A DNA stretch of 64,000 bases from an uncultured Methanomicrobiales archaeon. Its GTDB lineage: Archaea > Halobacteriota > Methanomicrobia > Methanomicrobiales > Methanospirillaceae. The position numbers and the translations under genes were made by a program. The stretch spans positions 160,001 through 224,000 of the forward strand of contig CAVWXH010000016.1 of the NCBI GenBank assembly GCA_963758915.1, read 5' to 3'. The first letter of the stretch is position 1. Each line of letters opens with the position of its first letter. Shown piece after piece: positions 51,144 to 62,471 of this stretch. Under the pieces are notes generated by a model. That model was given only the letters and a program-made list of their open reading frames with translations. It did not search any database and had not been told where the DNA came from.

Positions 51144-51308
51144 TATCATTATATAATATTTTGTTTTGTTCAAAATTTAAACCTGATAAATGAGAAATTT
51201 TTACTCGTCTAATAAGAAAATCGCGCGGTAAGTGTCCTTATAGTAACTATACTATCCGGTATTTTCCGATACAATTTTTTTCAATAAAAAAAGAAATTTT
51301 TCTTTGAT

Positions 51309-51665
51309 TTAGATATCCAGAATTGTGCGTAATTTTTTTTCGATATGGATACTGATCGGGTAATAACCGGGAATTTCGGTTTCTTCTTCCCGGTAGAGAA
51401 CGGCCTCATCAATATCTTCATCGGTAATGCCATATTGACTGTGGTCAATCACCTCCATCGAATAAAGGCTGCCTCCCGATATGTTTAACCTGCATATTGT
51501 CGGGTCATCCCCGCCTGACCGGATATAATAATATGATGACCCGATATAACTCTCCCGGCGGTCAGAAAGCCACTCGAGGACTTCTGAATAACGCATCGGG
51601 TCCTGAGGCCCCGACCATTCACTGTTATATGCCATATTTCCAGTTGATTTAAACACTTCGACCAT
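51309..51665 (-). CDS. Hypothetical acidic protein in the nitrogen cluster
   Basis: 118-aa ORF with a strong GGAGGT RBS. Confidence 0.75.
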   Translation of the reverse strand: MVEVFKSTGNMAYNSEWSGPQDPMRYSEVLEWLSDRRESYIGSSYYYIRSGGDDPTICRLNISGGSLYSMEVIDHSQYGITDEDIDEAVLYREEETEIPGYYPISIHIEKKLRTILDI

Positions 51666-51938
51666 TTTTATTACCTCCTTCTGACTCTTTAGTTCCGCTG
51701 CTGTACCGCACTAAAAAAGACCCGCTATCACCGGATGTTATCGTACCGATCACGGGTAGTGGTCTATGGGGTGGACCGGAAAAAATGTCCCGCCTTTATT
51801 GATTTTATGTATAGGCACCCCCCCGTCTGAACCAATCCGTTGATTTCCAGGTGACAAGAACCCCCTTGTAGAACCGGGATTGTTTTCTGCCTGGGGTAGC
51901 GGGTCGGCTGATAAGTAAAACCAACAGGGAAGATAGAA

Positions 51939-51952
51939 AGAAGAGTATTTCT
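51939..51952. promoter_or_regulatory. NrpR-like operator upstream of the 118-aa ORF
   Basis: Symmetric AGAA-GAGTAT-TTCT next to a TTATATA box. Confidence 0.5.
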
Positions 51953-52177
51953 TATAGTATTATATAATTATTTACTTATTTGTACAACTAGGAGTAAATA
52001 TAAAAACTATCCGTGTTTTTTGCGACTTGCTGGAACTTATTTTTAGTATTTCGCCACATTTTTAACAGATAAAACTAAAACAGAGTTAATCCGGGGAAAG
52101 TTGGAGAATAATCCCCGGATTAATGTGTGTAGAGAGCACTACACGAGAGAGTTTGGGAGGATGATATGGGTTACATA

Positions 52178-52519
<342 letters not shown>

Positions 52520-52527
52520 TTACCAGA

Positions 52528-53731
52528 TTATGCACGTTCCCCGTGCTGGGATAGATCAAGTCCCACATACTCCTCTTCCTCAGTCACCCGCAAGCCCAGG
52601 TACTTGTCTATAACTTTTGCCAATACCCAGGTCAGGCCAAATGAATAGACCATAATGAACAGGGCCCCGCCAACCTGGATGAGAAACTGGTAGACATTTC
52701 CATAAATCAGGCCCGTATAACTGTTGATCGCAGCGGAGGCAAAAATACCGACTGCAATTGTCCCCCAGAGCCCTCCTATTCCATGGACTGACCAGGCATC
52801 AAGGCTTTCATCCATACCCTTGTTGATACGCCAGAGCATCGTCCGGTAACAGAGAATTCCTGCGACTGCTCCAATCAGGATTGAGACCAGAGGCCCTACA
52901 TATCCTGCGCAGGGTGTAATTGCACCGAGACCTGCAATCGCCCCGCTCACCATTCCAAGAGAACTGGGATGACCACCTGATCCACGATGCAAACAACCAT
53001 GCGAGTGCCCCGGCAGCGGCTGAGGTATTAGTGACAACGAGGGCATTAACAGCAAGACCGTTTGCTGCGAGCGTGCTCCCCCCATTGAAACCGAACCAGC
53101 CGAACCATAACAGTCCGGCACCAAGGAGGGTCATGGGAATATTGTGAGCTTCCATCGCGTAGGTCCCGAAACCCGCTCTTTTACCGATTACTATTGCAAT
53201 AGCGAGAGCTGAAAACCCTGCAGTAATATGGACAACTGAACCGCCTGCAAAATCAAGGAATCCAAGTGAGCTCAGCCATCCGCCTCCCCAGACCCAGTGT
53301 GCAACAGGGTCATATACGAGTGTAGTCCAGAGGAGTGCAAACAGGATGAATGAGCTCAATTTGACCCGTTCAGCCATACCTGATGTCACGATTGCCATGG
53401 TAACAGCGGCGAACATCAGCTGGTAAGCCATAAAGAGGAGACCTGGAATTGCAACACTGTAGGGGCCAGGTTCCATCCCAACACCTTCGAGTCCTACCAG
53501 GGTAAGATTTCCCATGGCCCCTGATACATCTCCACCAAATGCGATTGAATATCCAATGATAATCCACTGGATACTCACCAGCGCGAATGCCACGAACGAC
53601 ATCGCGACCATGGAGATGAAATTCTTCTTACGAACAAGACCCCCGTAAAAAAGCCCGACACCTGGTGTCATCAGCATCACTAAGGCGGTTGATGCGAGGA
53701 GCCACGCGGTATCTCCACTGTCAATTGCCAT
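52528..53731 (-). CDS. amtB: Ammonium transporter (second copy); frameshifted near 52975 (error or pseudogene)
   Basis: Removing one base joins ORFs 53731 and 53124 (WIR-GHPSSLG; 400 aa), colinear with amtB1. Confidence 0.9.
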
Positions 53732-54056
53732 CTATATCATCACCTGAATTTTCTGCGAAATTACTCTGCCTGGAACATTCTTCCGGTCCCTTCTTCCGGT
53801 CACGGTGCCACATACATTGGTCCGGATGATTTTTGCAATACCGGGAGATGTCGCATCCATGTTCAAAATCCTCCATGGAAACATGTAACGAAACAAGGCT
53901 CCTTTTACAGGTTACCAGGGAAATTATTGGAGCACTTGCAGTATATTCCATTTCAAACCAGGTTCCATTATCGATCGATAATTGATTACGCAAAGGTGCA
54001 ATGCAGCCACCTGTTTCGGGGAGATGTTCTTCGGTATCATGGCCATGTGGCTTCAT
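53721..54056 (-). CDS. Hypothetical Cys/His-rich protein overlapping the amtB2 start
   Basis: 111-aa ORF whose stop overlaps the amtB2 start; promoter-like region upstream. Confidence 0.5.
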   Translation of the reverse strand: MKPHGHDTEEHLPETGGCIAPLRNQLSIDNGTWFEMEYTASAPIISLVTCKRSLVSLHVSMEDFEHGCDISRYCKNHPDQCMWHRDRKKGPEECSRQSNFAENSGDDIDGN

Positions 54057-54154
54057 GGGTCATTCCGGTTTTTTTGTCTGATTACTTTCTATCATAGGAA
54101 GGATCCTATTTACCTATCTATTAATATTTTTCTATTTTGGCGAAATAAAAAAAA

Positions 54155-55487
54155 TTAATAGTTTGCCAGGTAGCGCTCGAGTTCCCATGGGTGGACGGCG
54201 AGACGGAAGGCATCAGATTCCATCTGTGCGGTGCTGGTGAGACTGTCCATAATATGTCCGCCAAGAGTTTTTGTGAGGACTTTATCCTTCATCAGGTGCT
54301 CGTGCGATTCCGTGAGGCTTCCCGGGAGCATTTCAATACCCATTTTCTCCCGTTCTGCTGTAGTCAGGTGGTAAATGTTCTTGTCTGTTGCATCAGGGGG
54401 CATAATCTTATTCCTGACACCATCGAGACCAGCGGCAAGCATGCAGGCAAACATGAGATAGGGGTTGCACATCGGGTCGGGGCTGCGGAATTCTGCACGT
54501 GTACCATTGCCACGGGCAGCGGGGACCCTCACAAGTGCTGACCGGTTAGCATCGCTCCAGGTGATATAACATGGTGCTTCATATCCGGGGACGAGCCGTT
54601 TATACGAATTAATCGTCGGGTTTGCGACCCTTGTAATGGCCTTTGCGTGTTTCAGAAGCCCGCCGATATAATAAAGAGCGATATCACTCAGTTGTTTCGG
54701 GGCCTTTGGGATCGAAGAATGAATTCTTTCCGTCTTTAGAAAGCGACCCGTGTGTATGCATACCGCTGCCATTGATCCCACCGATTGGCTTTGCCATAAA
54801 GGATGCATGGAGGCCATGTTTCAGGGCAATTGCCTTTGTTGCAAATTTCTGGGTCATGATCTGATCGGCGGTGGTGACCGCGTCCCGGTACTTGAAATTG
54901 ATCTCGTGCTGGCTTGCTGCTACTTCGTGGTGGGACATCTCGATCTCAAATCCCATCTCGGTGAGCGCCATCACGATTTCCCGGCGAACATTCTCCCCCT
55001 TGTCATTCGGGGCAAGATCGAAATAACAGCCCTGGTCGGAGAACTGGGTTGATGGTTTTCCATCCACCATGTTGAACAGGAAAAATTCAAGTTCGGGACC
55101 TGTGTTGAAGGAGAAACCCATCTTTGCGGCTTCATCCATTGTCTTTTTCAGGATATACCGTGGGTCCCCTTCGAATGGTTTGTTCCCATACGTGTATACA
55201 TCGCAGACGAACCGTGCAACACGGGTATCATTAGATCTCCAGGGCAGAACTGTGTAAGACGCCGTATCAGGTTTTAAAAGCATATCGGATTCTTCAATCC
55301 GGGTGAAGCCTTCAATAGAAGAACCGTCAAACCAGATTCCCTCCGTGAGGGCTTTTTCTACCTGTTCAACAGGTATTGCGGCATTCTTTGGTTGCCCCTG
55401 CACATCGGTAAACTGGAGGCGTACAAACTTTACAAGGTCTGCATCGATACGCTCGAGCATCTGGTCAACATCTTTCTTGCTTGACAT
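54155..55487 (-). CDS. glnA: Glutamine synthetase type I; frameshifted near 54705-54707
   Basis: FDGSSIEGF, GPELEFF, HHEVA..QHEI, NGSGMH, KRLVPGYEAP, NRSALVRVP; a one-base fix gives 443 aa. Confidence 0.95.
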
Positions 55488-55619
55488 TATGAATAACTAA
55501 ACCCTGACATTATTTATATTTACTTACCCTGGTTTACAACCTTTATCTAATATTTTCGGCTATTTTTAGAAACAGGCTATAATACAATCTTATTTTTTAA
55601 ATTGAATGATTTTAATGGT

Positions 55620-55633
55620 GGAAGGATATTTCT
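55620..55633. promoter_or_regulatory. NrpR-like operator in the glnA/gltB divergent region
   Basis: GGAA-GGATAT-TTCT (1 mismatch) beside an AT-rich TATA-like tract. Confidence 0.62.
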
Positions 55634-55821
55634 ATCCTTAATATTTATTATACACTGAAGGGATTAGATCCATAAATTCATGTATTCCAGGGAAATTTCC
55701 AAAACATATGAGTACTAAATCGATGGAAGTTAACTGTACCCCATCTGTGAGATTTATCAACGAGCAAATCAAATTATAGTGAACCCTATAATAATCAGCC
55801 ATCAGGGCATACGTGGTAACA

Positions 55822-56874
55822 ATGTGTGGCATAATTGGTGTTATTGACAGGAAACGCGAATTGATGGATGGCTCCTCAATAAAGCAGGCCCTATCCAGAA
55901 TGGATGAACGGGGCAGCGGAGAGGGGGCGGGTTATGTTGCGTATGGCGTGTTCCCCGAGTTCAAGAATTACTATGCGATTCATGTCTTTTTTGATAATAT
56001 ACATGAATCCAAAGGTTCTGTTGACAGCTTGCTATCTGAGTGGGGGACCGTTGTCCATGATGAGGAAATTCCAACCAGTGACCACGCAAAGATCAGGAAA
56101 GTCCACACTCCCTGGAGATATTTCTTCAAACCTGATGCAACACTGATGCCCCGCAGTACCGCACCTGAAGAGGATATCGTGACACATATTGTCATGAAAG
56201 TGAATACAACGATGCCAGGCGTCCTGGTTTTCTCTTCCGGTAAAAATATCGGCGTATTCAAGGCTTCCGGATGGCCGGAAGATGTAGCCGATTTCTACAA
56301 AATTAACGAGTATAAAGGATATATCTGGCTTGGCCACAACCGGTACCCTACGAATACACCCGGATGGTGGGGTGGTGCTCACCCGTTCAATCTCCTGAAC
56401 TGGAGTGTCGTCCATAATGGGGAAATTACTTCGTACGGCACCAACCGGCGTTATATTGAGAGCTATGGGTACCAGTGCACGATGTTTACCGATACCGAAG
56501 TTGTCGCATACCTGGTTGACCTCCTCGTGCGCAGGCACGGTTTATCTGCCGAAATGGCGGTAAAGGCTCTGGCGCCCCCGTTCTGGGATGAAATTGACCG
56601 CATGCCTGAAAAGGAACGCCTGCTCAATACCGCGATACGACTGACATATGGTCCGGCGCTCATGAACGGTCCGTTTGCAATTGTTGTGGCAAATGAAAAC
56701 TCAATTGTCGGATTTACAGACAGGATAAAACTACGCCCGCTTGTTTCCGGTGAACATGGCAACCGTCTCTATATATCGAGCGAAGAAGCGGCAATCAGGA
56801 CAATGGAACCTGAGGTTGAACGTATTATGATGCCAAGGGCCGGATCGCCCGTAATCGGGAGGCTGATCGCATGA
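55822..56874 (+). CDS. Glutamate synthase, glutamine amidotransferase (Ntn class II) subunit
   Basis: Starts MCGIIG (catalytic Cys), HNRYPTNT, AHPF, VHNGEI, TDTE, DRIKLRP. Confidence 0.92.
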   Translation: MCGIIGVIDRKRELMDGSSIKQALSRMDERGSGEGAGYVAYGVFPEFKNYYAIHVFFDNIHESKGSVDSLLSEWGTVVHDEEIPTSDHAKIRKVHTPWRYFFKPDATLMPRSTAPEEDIVTHIVMKVNTTMPGVLVFSSGKNIGVFKASGWPEDVADFYKINEYKGYIWLGHNRYPTNTPGWWGGAHPFNLLNWSVVHNGEITSYGTNRRYIESYGYQCTMFTDTEVVAYLVDLLVRRHGLSAEMAVKALAPPFWDEIDRMPEKERLLNTAIRLTYGPALMNGPFAIVVANENSIVGFTDRIKLRPLVSGEHGNRLYISSEEAAIRTMEPEVERIMMPRAGSPVIGRLIA

Positions 56875-58382
56875 GTATCGGCACTGTACCGATGAAATTC
56901 CGGGTGAGTATTGACCAGGAACAGTGCATGGCATGTGGACGTTGTGTTGAAAACTGTTCATACGGGGTATTCCGGATGGAGAACGGCGTTGTCCGGGTCA
57001 GTCCCAGACATTGTGTCGCCTGTCACCGGTGTCTTGCGATGTGCCCGCGGGACGCTATATCTATCGAAGAGCGACCTGTTGATTACAGGACTCACCCGCT
57101 CTGGACGACCGGGGTGAAGGAAGCGATATTCAACCAGGCACGGACCGGAAAAATTATTGTCGCCGGAATGGGCAATGCCCTCCCGTACCCGGTCATCTTC
57201 GATCGGCTGGTACTGGATGCATGCCAGGTCACGAACCCGAGTATCGACCCCCTGCGTGAACCAATGGAGTTACGGACTTACTTAGGGAAAAAACCCTCGC
57301 ACCTCGATCTTCTGACAAAGGGAAACGGGGATGTCGAGTTAATGTCAGCCCTTGTCCCGAATCTCATGTTAGAGACCCCGATTATGATCGGGCACATGAG
57401 TTATGGTGCAATCAGCCTCAATGCCCAGACAAGCCTCGCAAAAGCAGTGAGTGAAATCGGAACCTTCATGGGAACAGGTGAAGGAGGGCTCCATGAGAGC
57501 CTCTACCCGTACCAGGGTAACATGATTGTGCAGGTGGCTTCAGGCCGCTTTGGTGTGGATATCAATTACCTTGAACGCGGCGCCGCAATAGAAATTAAAA
57601 TCGGTCAGGGAGCTAAACCCGGGATAGGCGGGCACCTGCCCGGGGAAAAAGTCAATAAGGAGGTCTCGGTTACCCGGATGATCCCGGAAGGAAGCGATGC
57701 AATCAGTCCGGCACCGCATCATGATATTTACAGTATCGAAGACCTCAAGCAACTTGTCCGGGGTTTAAAGGAAGCAACCGAGTGGAAGAAACCTGTCTTC
57801 GTCAAGATTGCCGCGGTGCATAATTCAGCAGCCATTGCAGCTGGCATCGCCCGGTCTTCTGCGGATGCAATTGTTATAGACGGCTTCCGCGGGGGGACCG
57901 GTGCAGCACCCCGGGTGTTCCGGGACCATGTGGGGATACCGGTGGAAGCAGCTATTGCGAGTGTCGATGCAAAGCTCCGTCAGCAGGGTATCCGGAATGA
58001 GGTATCCATTATCGCGAGTGGCGGGATCCGTGAAAGTGCCGATGTTGCGAAAATCATTGCACTAGGGGCTGATGCAGTATATATCGGTACAGCTGCGTTA
58101 ATTGCCCTCGGGTGCCGGGTATGCGGGACCTGCAATCGAGGTGTCTGTGCATGGGGGATAGCGACACAGCGGGCCGATCTCGTGAGCAGGCTGGACCCTG
58201 AAACCGGTTCAATACAGGTAGCCAACCTCATCCACGGCTGGACCGACGAACTTGCTGAGCTGATGGGTGCAGCAGGAATCAACAGTATCGAGAGTCTCCG
58301 GGGTAACAGGGACCGTTTAAGAAGTTACATGCTCGATGAAGCGCTGATGACCGTGCTTGATGTGAAATCAGTAGGTGCGTGA
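56871..58382 (+). CDS. Glutamate synthase FMN-binding subunit with N-terminal 2[4Fe-4S] ferredoxin
   Basis: MSYGAIS, TGEGG, QVASGRFG, IKIGQGAKPGIGGHLPGEKV, CRVCGTC..C. Confidence 0.95.
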   Translation: MSIGTVPMKFRVSIDQEQCMACGRCVENCSYGVFRMENGVVRVSPRHCVACHRCLAMCPRDAISIEERPVDYRTHPLWTTGVKEAIFNQARTGKIIVAGMGNALPYPVIFDRLVLDACQVTNPSIDPLREPMELRTYLGKKPSHLDLLTKGNGDVELMSALVPNLMLETPIMIGHMSYGAISLNAQTSLAKAVSEIGTFMGTGEGGLHESLYPYQGNMIVQVASGRFGVDINYLERGAAIEIKIGQGAKPGIGGHLPGEKVNKEVSVTRMIPEGSDAISPAPHHDIYSIEDLKQLVRGLKEATEWKKPVFVKIAAVHNSAAIAAGIARSSADAIVIDGFRGGTGAAPRVFRDHVGIPVEAAIASVDAKLRQQGIRNEVSIIASGGIRESADVAKIIALGADAVYIGTAALIALGCRVCGTCNRGVCAWGIATQRADLVSRLDPETGSIQVANLIHGWTDELAELMGAAGINSIESLRGNRDRLRSYMLDEALMTVLDVKSVGA

Positions 58383-59128
58383 GTCGAATGAAAACTGTCG
58401 AGATCGATGCGAAAGACCTCCATTATACCCCGTTGAACCAGCAGATCCGGAAAGCCGTAAGTGAAGGGGCAAAGGAGATAACCATCATTAATATTATGGG
58501 GCAACGGTTTATCGCGGATGGGTTAAAAGGCCGGGTATCGCTTCTCCTCCATGGGGTCGCCGGTGGGGACCTTGGGATGTTCATGAGCGGGCCGGATGTT
58601 ACGTTGTATGGCAATGCCGACCATGCACCTGGTAATACGATGGATGCCGGCTCTATCGTCATCCATGGGAGTGCAGGGGATGCAGTTTCCCATAGTATGC
58701 GGGGGGGTAAAGTATTTGTCCGTGATAGTATCGGTTATCGTGGTGGCATCCATATGAAGCAATATCTGGACAAGTGCCCGTTACTCGTCCTGGGTGGTTC
58801 GGCACGTTCATTCCTTGGTGAATATATGGCCGGGGGCCTGATCCTGGTCCTCAGGCAGTTCCCTGATTCCATGAATGAAGAACGTGGTATCGGGAGTGGA
58901 ATTCATGGCGGAGAGATATTTATCAGGGGTGAGATTGGCGATGACTGTCTCGGGGTTGGTACAAAAAAAGATATTTGCAGAAGTGGGGAAATTAACCGGA
59001 TAACCCCGTTTATCCACGAGTTTGCAGAAAAATTCGGCATCGATCCTGCTCCGTTTCTGAAATCGGAATACACACGGATATCTCCGGCAAGTGCACGGCC
59101 ATTTGCAAATAAATATACTTGGGAGTAG
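58379..59128 (+). CDS. Glutamate synthase GXGXG (domain 3) subunit
   Basis: Repeated G-x-x-M-x-x-G beta-helix (GEYMAGG). Confidence 0.9.
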   Translation: MSRMKTVEIDAKDLHYTPLNQQIRKAVSEGAKEITIINIMGQRFIADGLKGRVSLLLHGVAGGDLGMFMSGPDVTLYGNADHAPGNTMDAGSIVIHGSAGDAVSHSMRGGKVFVRDSIGYRGGIHMKQYLDKCPLLVLGGSARSFLGEYMAGGLILVLRQFPDSMNEERGIGSGIHGGEIFIRGEIGDDCLGVGTKKDICRSGEINRITPFIHEFAEKFGIDPAPFLKSEYTRISPASARPFANKYTWE

Positions 59129-59136
59129 TGGTATCA

Positions 59137-60159
59137 ATGGCACATAAAACATACCAGGACTTAAAAAAAGAAGTATGGGAAACCGGAATTTGTTCGGGAT
59201 GCGGGGGCTGTGTTGCAGTATGTCCGGCAGATGCAATAACATTTCGTGAAAGTGGCGATACCTCAGCCCCGGTGCAGTCCGGATATTGTAAGCAGGTAAC
59301 AGACGGTGTGGCATGTGGTGCGTGTTATGCAGTCTGCCCAAGAACTGTTCCCCCTGCTACCGCAACCCTTGGGAATTATATTGACCTTCTCGCAGCAAAA
59401 ACAACCCGCGATATCCCCAGAAGGCAAAGCGGTGGAGCGGTGACGGGAATTCTCGCGCATGCACTTGATACCGGGATGATCGATGCGGTGGTAACCATAG
59501 GCGAAGACCGGTTTACAATGAGACCTGTATCAGTCGTCATTACTTCCAGTGAACAATTAATACACGAGGCCGGTAGCCGGTACAGCTGGTGGGTCCCGTT
59601 TCTCGCTGCGCTTAAAACCGCAGTTGTAAACCGCAAATACAATAAGATTGCAATTGTCGGTGTACCTTGTACCGTGCAGGCAGTCTCAAGGATAAGGACC
59701 TCTGATAATGACCTTTTAAAACCGTATGCCCGCTCCATCCGCCTGGTTATCGGGTTATTCTGTACTGAAAGTTTCGACTACGAATCACTTGTCGGTAAGA
59801 AACTCAAATCCGAGCATAACATAGCGACGTGGGAGATAAAAAAACTCGATGTCCGAGGGAAACTCGAAGTGACCATGAAAGACGGGAGCACGTTTTCATT
59901 CCCTATGAAAGAACTTGATGAAGCGGTACGGACAGGTTGCCATCATTGCACTGATACCACCGCGCTCTTCTCTGATATTTCCGCAGGGTCTGTAGGAAGT
60001 CCAGAAGGATATACCACCCTGATTGTAAGAAACCTTATTGGAAAATCATTCCTTGAAAGTGCTGTGCAGGCCGGTGATCTGGATATATCCGGGGATGTCG
60101 ATCCGGGTGCAATCGAAAAGCTGGCATCCACAAAGATCCGGAAAAATTCTGTCAGCTAA
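59137..60159 (+). CDS. Coenzyme F420 hydrogenase/dehydrogenase beta-subunit (FrhB/FdhB) family protein
   Basis: N-terminal ferredoxin, QSGGAVT, VGVPC, IGLFCTESF, CHHCTD, DISAGSVG. Confidence 0.9.
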   Translation: MAHKTYQDLKKEVWETGICSGCGGCVAVCPADAITFRESGDTSAPVQSGYCKQVTDGVACGACYAVCPRTVPPATATLGNYIDLLAAKTTRDIPRRQSGGAVTGILAHALDTGMIDAVVTIGEDRFTMRPVSVVITSSEQLIHEAGSRYSWWVPFLAALKTAVVNRKYNKIAIVGVPCTVQAVSRIRTSDNDLLKPYARSIRLVIGLFCTESFDYESLVGKKLKSEHNIATWEIKKLDVRGKLEVTMKDGSTFSFPMKELDEAVRTGCHHCTDTTALFSDISAGSVGSPEGYTTLIVRNLIGKSFLESAVQAGDLDISGDVDPGAIEKLASTKIRKNSVS

Positions 60160-60362
60160 TTTTTTTTATGGAGGGAACGTTTTCGGTTTTAGGACCACGT
60201 TTGATAATGTTAAAAAATGCATAGATGATAGAACTTACAGGTTCTGTCAATTCCTTCAGATATTATATCATTACAGCATCAATAGTAATCATAAACAGGA
60301 AATTTTCCGTTACCGGATATTTCCTTTGAAAAAACAAAAGCAATATTTAACAGTGGTAAACT

Positions 60363-62192
60363 ATGAAAATTCGTGCAATACTGTCAATATTTCTAACCCT
60401 CCTTATCCTTGCGGGATTTTCTTGTGCAAATACAGCCAGTGCTTCATCGGCACTTCCTGTAATGGTAAAGGCTGATAGCACCTGTATTGCTCCTTTTAGT
60501 TCTGCCTATAATAACTGGCTCAATACCAGGTCTGCAGTACCATGTGAAGTGCAGGAAGAGCACGGTCTGGGTCTGATTCCTTCACCTGTTGACCTGTTTG
60601 GAGCAACGGATTCAGGAACCTGGGCTAATAATGCAAATACACCTGCCGTTGTCGGTTATGCTTTGCAGAGGGGCACGGGGGGAGTGCAACCCACCAGTAC
60701 AACTGTTACGGCAACTGCGGGCTCTGATCGCTATGATCTCCGTACGCTTGGAAAGTTATCCCCGATCAAAAACCAGGGGCAGGACGGGAATTGCTGGGCT
60801 TTTGCATCCACGGCATCGCTGGAATCGTCCCTGTTACCTGCTGAAAGGTATGATTTTTCTGAGAATAATGAAAAGAACCTTCACGGTTTCGATGTGCCTA
60901 TAAACCTGGGTGGAAATGATTTTATGGCGACGGCATACCTGGCCCGCTGGTCAGGTCCGGTATCAGAAGCTGCGGATCCGTATTCTTACGGTACAACGGT
61001 CTCTGCATCAGGGTCTCCAGCTGAGAAACATGTCCAGGAAGTATTTTTTATTCCCACCCGGAGGGAACCTCTTGACAATGACCTGATTAAGTCCGCAGTC
61101 AGGCAATATGGTGCAGTATATTCCACATTACGGTATGAATCCTCTTACTTCACTCCACGCACCGCAGCATATTACTACCCCGGCTCAGGCGGATTTAATC
61201 ATGCCGTTGATATTGTCGGATGGGATGACGGTTATTCATCCGGGAATTTCGATAACCCTCCCCCCGGGGACGGTGCATTCATCGCCAGGAACAGCTGGGG
61301 CACGACATGGGGTGACGCAGGATATTTCTACATCTCGTATTATGATACCCGCATAGGCAGGGATAATGCGATGTTTACTGCCGAGTCACCAAATAATTAT
61401 TCACGGGTATACCAGTATGACCCACTGGGGTGGGTTGCAAATTTCGGTTTCGGTAGTGATACAGCATATTATGCAAATGTTTTTACCTCTGCCGGAAATG
61501 AACAGCTGAAGGCAGTCGGGTTCTATACATCGGCAACAAATACGGAATATGAGGTAAAGGTGTTTATGAATCCGGATAACGGACCGATCAGTTCCGGTGG
61601 TTATGTGTCAGAAAAGAATGGGACGATCAGTCTTCCCGGGTACCATACTATCCGTCTCGATAACCAGGTGAGCCTTAAAAAGGGTGACCGTTTCTCAGTC
61701 GCGGTTAAGGTGGTATCAGCCGGATGGACTACACCAGTGGCGATAGAATTACCAATAAGCGGGTATTCTGCTGGAGCCACAGCCTCGTCCGGCCAGAGTT
61801 ACATCAGCAGCAATGGTGCAGGGTGGACTGATCTCACGTTGTCCCAGCCGAACACGAATGTTTGTTTAAAGGCATTCACCAGTTCGGGTTCAACTCCTGT
61901 AGCCGTAACCAAACCCGCTTCCACTGGATGGCAAACGCTAAAAAACCTTACCCGGCCTTCATCCACTGTTAAAAGCAATGTTGCCCGGGTTTATCTGAAT
62001 ACAGGCCCTGTTAATCAGTCAAATCCGGTCAGCCGGGTACTCGCCGGGCAGGTATATCCCCGGAACACTCTCCAGTCATTTGCACCGGCACCAGAATCTT
62101 ACATTTCCAGGTACCGGATGATTGCGGGAAATGTGTCATCATCAGGCAGTCCCGCTGAGAAGCTCCTCGCAATGTACCAGGGTTCTGATTGA
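60363..62192 (+). CDS. Secreted papain-family (C1A) cysteine peptidase with lectin-like domain
   Basis: Signal peptide, QGQDGNCWAF, NHAVDIVGW, RNSWG, YQYDPLG...VCLKAFT. Confidence 0.92.
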   Translation: MKIRAILSIFLTLLILAGFSCANTASASSALPVMVKADSTCIAPFSSAYNNWLNTRSAVPCEVQEEHGLGLIPSPVDLFGATDSGTWANNANTPAVVGYALQRGTGGVQPTSTTVTATAGSDRYDLRTLGKLSPIKNQGQDGNCWAFASTASLESSLLPAERYDFSENNEKNLHGFDVPINLGGNDFMATAYLARWSGPVSEAADPYSYGTTVSASGSPAEKHVQEVFFIPTRREPLDNDLIKSAVRQYGAVYSTLRYESSYFTPRTAAYYYPGSGGFNHAVDIVGWDDGYSSGNFDNPPPGDGAFIARNSWGTTWGDAGYFYISYYDTRIGRDNAMFTAESPNNYSRVYQYDPLGWVANFGFGSDTAYYANVFTSAGNEQLKAVGFYTSATNTEYEVKVFMNPDNGPISSGGYVSEKNGTISLPGYHTIRLDNQVSLKKGDRFSVAVKVVSAGWTTPVAIELPISGYSAGATASSGQSYISSNGAGWTDLTLSQPNTNVCLKAFTSSGSTPVAVTKPASTGWQTLKNLTRPSSTVKSNVARVYLNTGPVNQSNPVSRVLAGQVYPRNTLQSFAPAPESYISRYRMIAGNVSSSGSPAEKLLAMYQGSD

Positions 62193-62471
62193 GAAACCGC
62201 AAAGTCCCTTCGGGTATTGCGACCTGTCAGCACTATGGTCCCCGATAAAAACCCGGAAGATCCCTGATTTTTTGGTAGTTGGCGAACGATTATCATCCTG
62301 TTTTCATAATAGTGTAGGTATATCTACCGTTGCGGCAACACCCCTGCAACTCTAATACGTGAAAGCTATTCGACTAAGTCCAAATAAAAAAGTGTTTCAC
62401 CACGAGTGTCCAGGTCTCCGGAAAATATGTTATTCAGGCAGGTGAACCAGATTCCGTCAAAGCGGGAAAAG

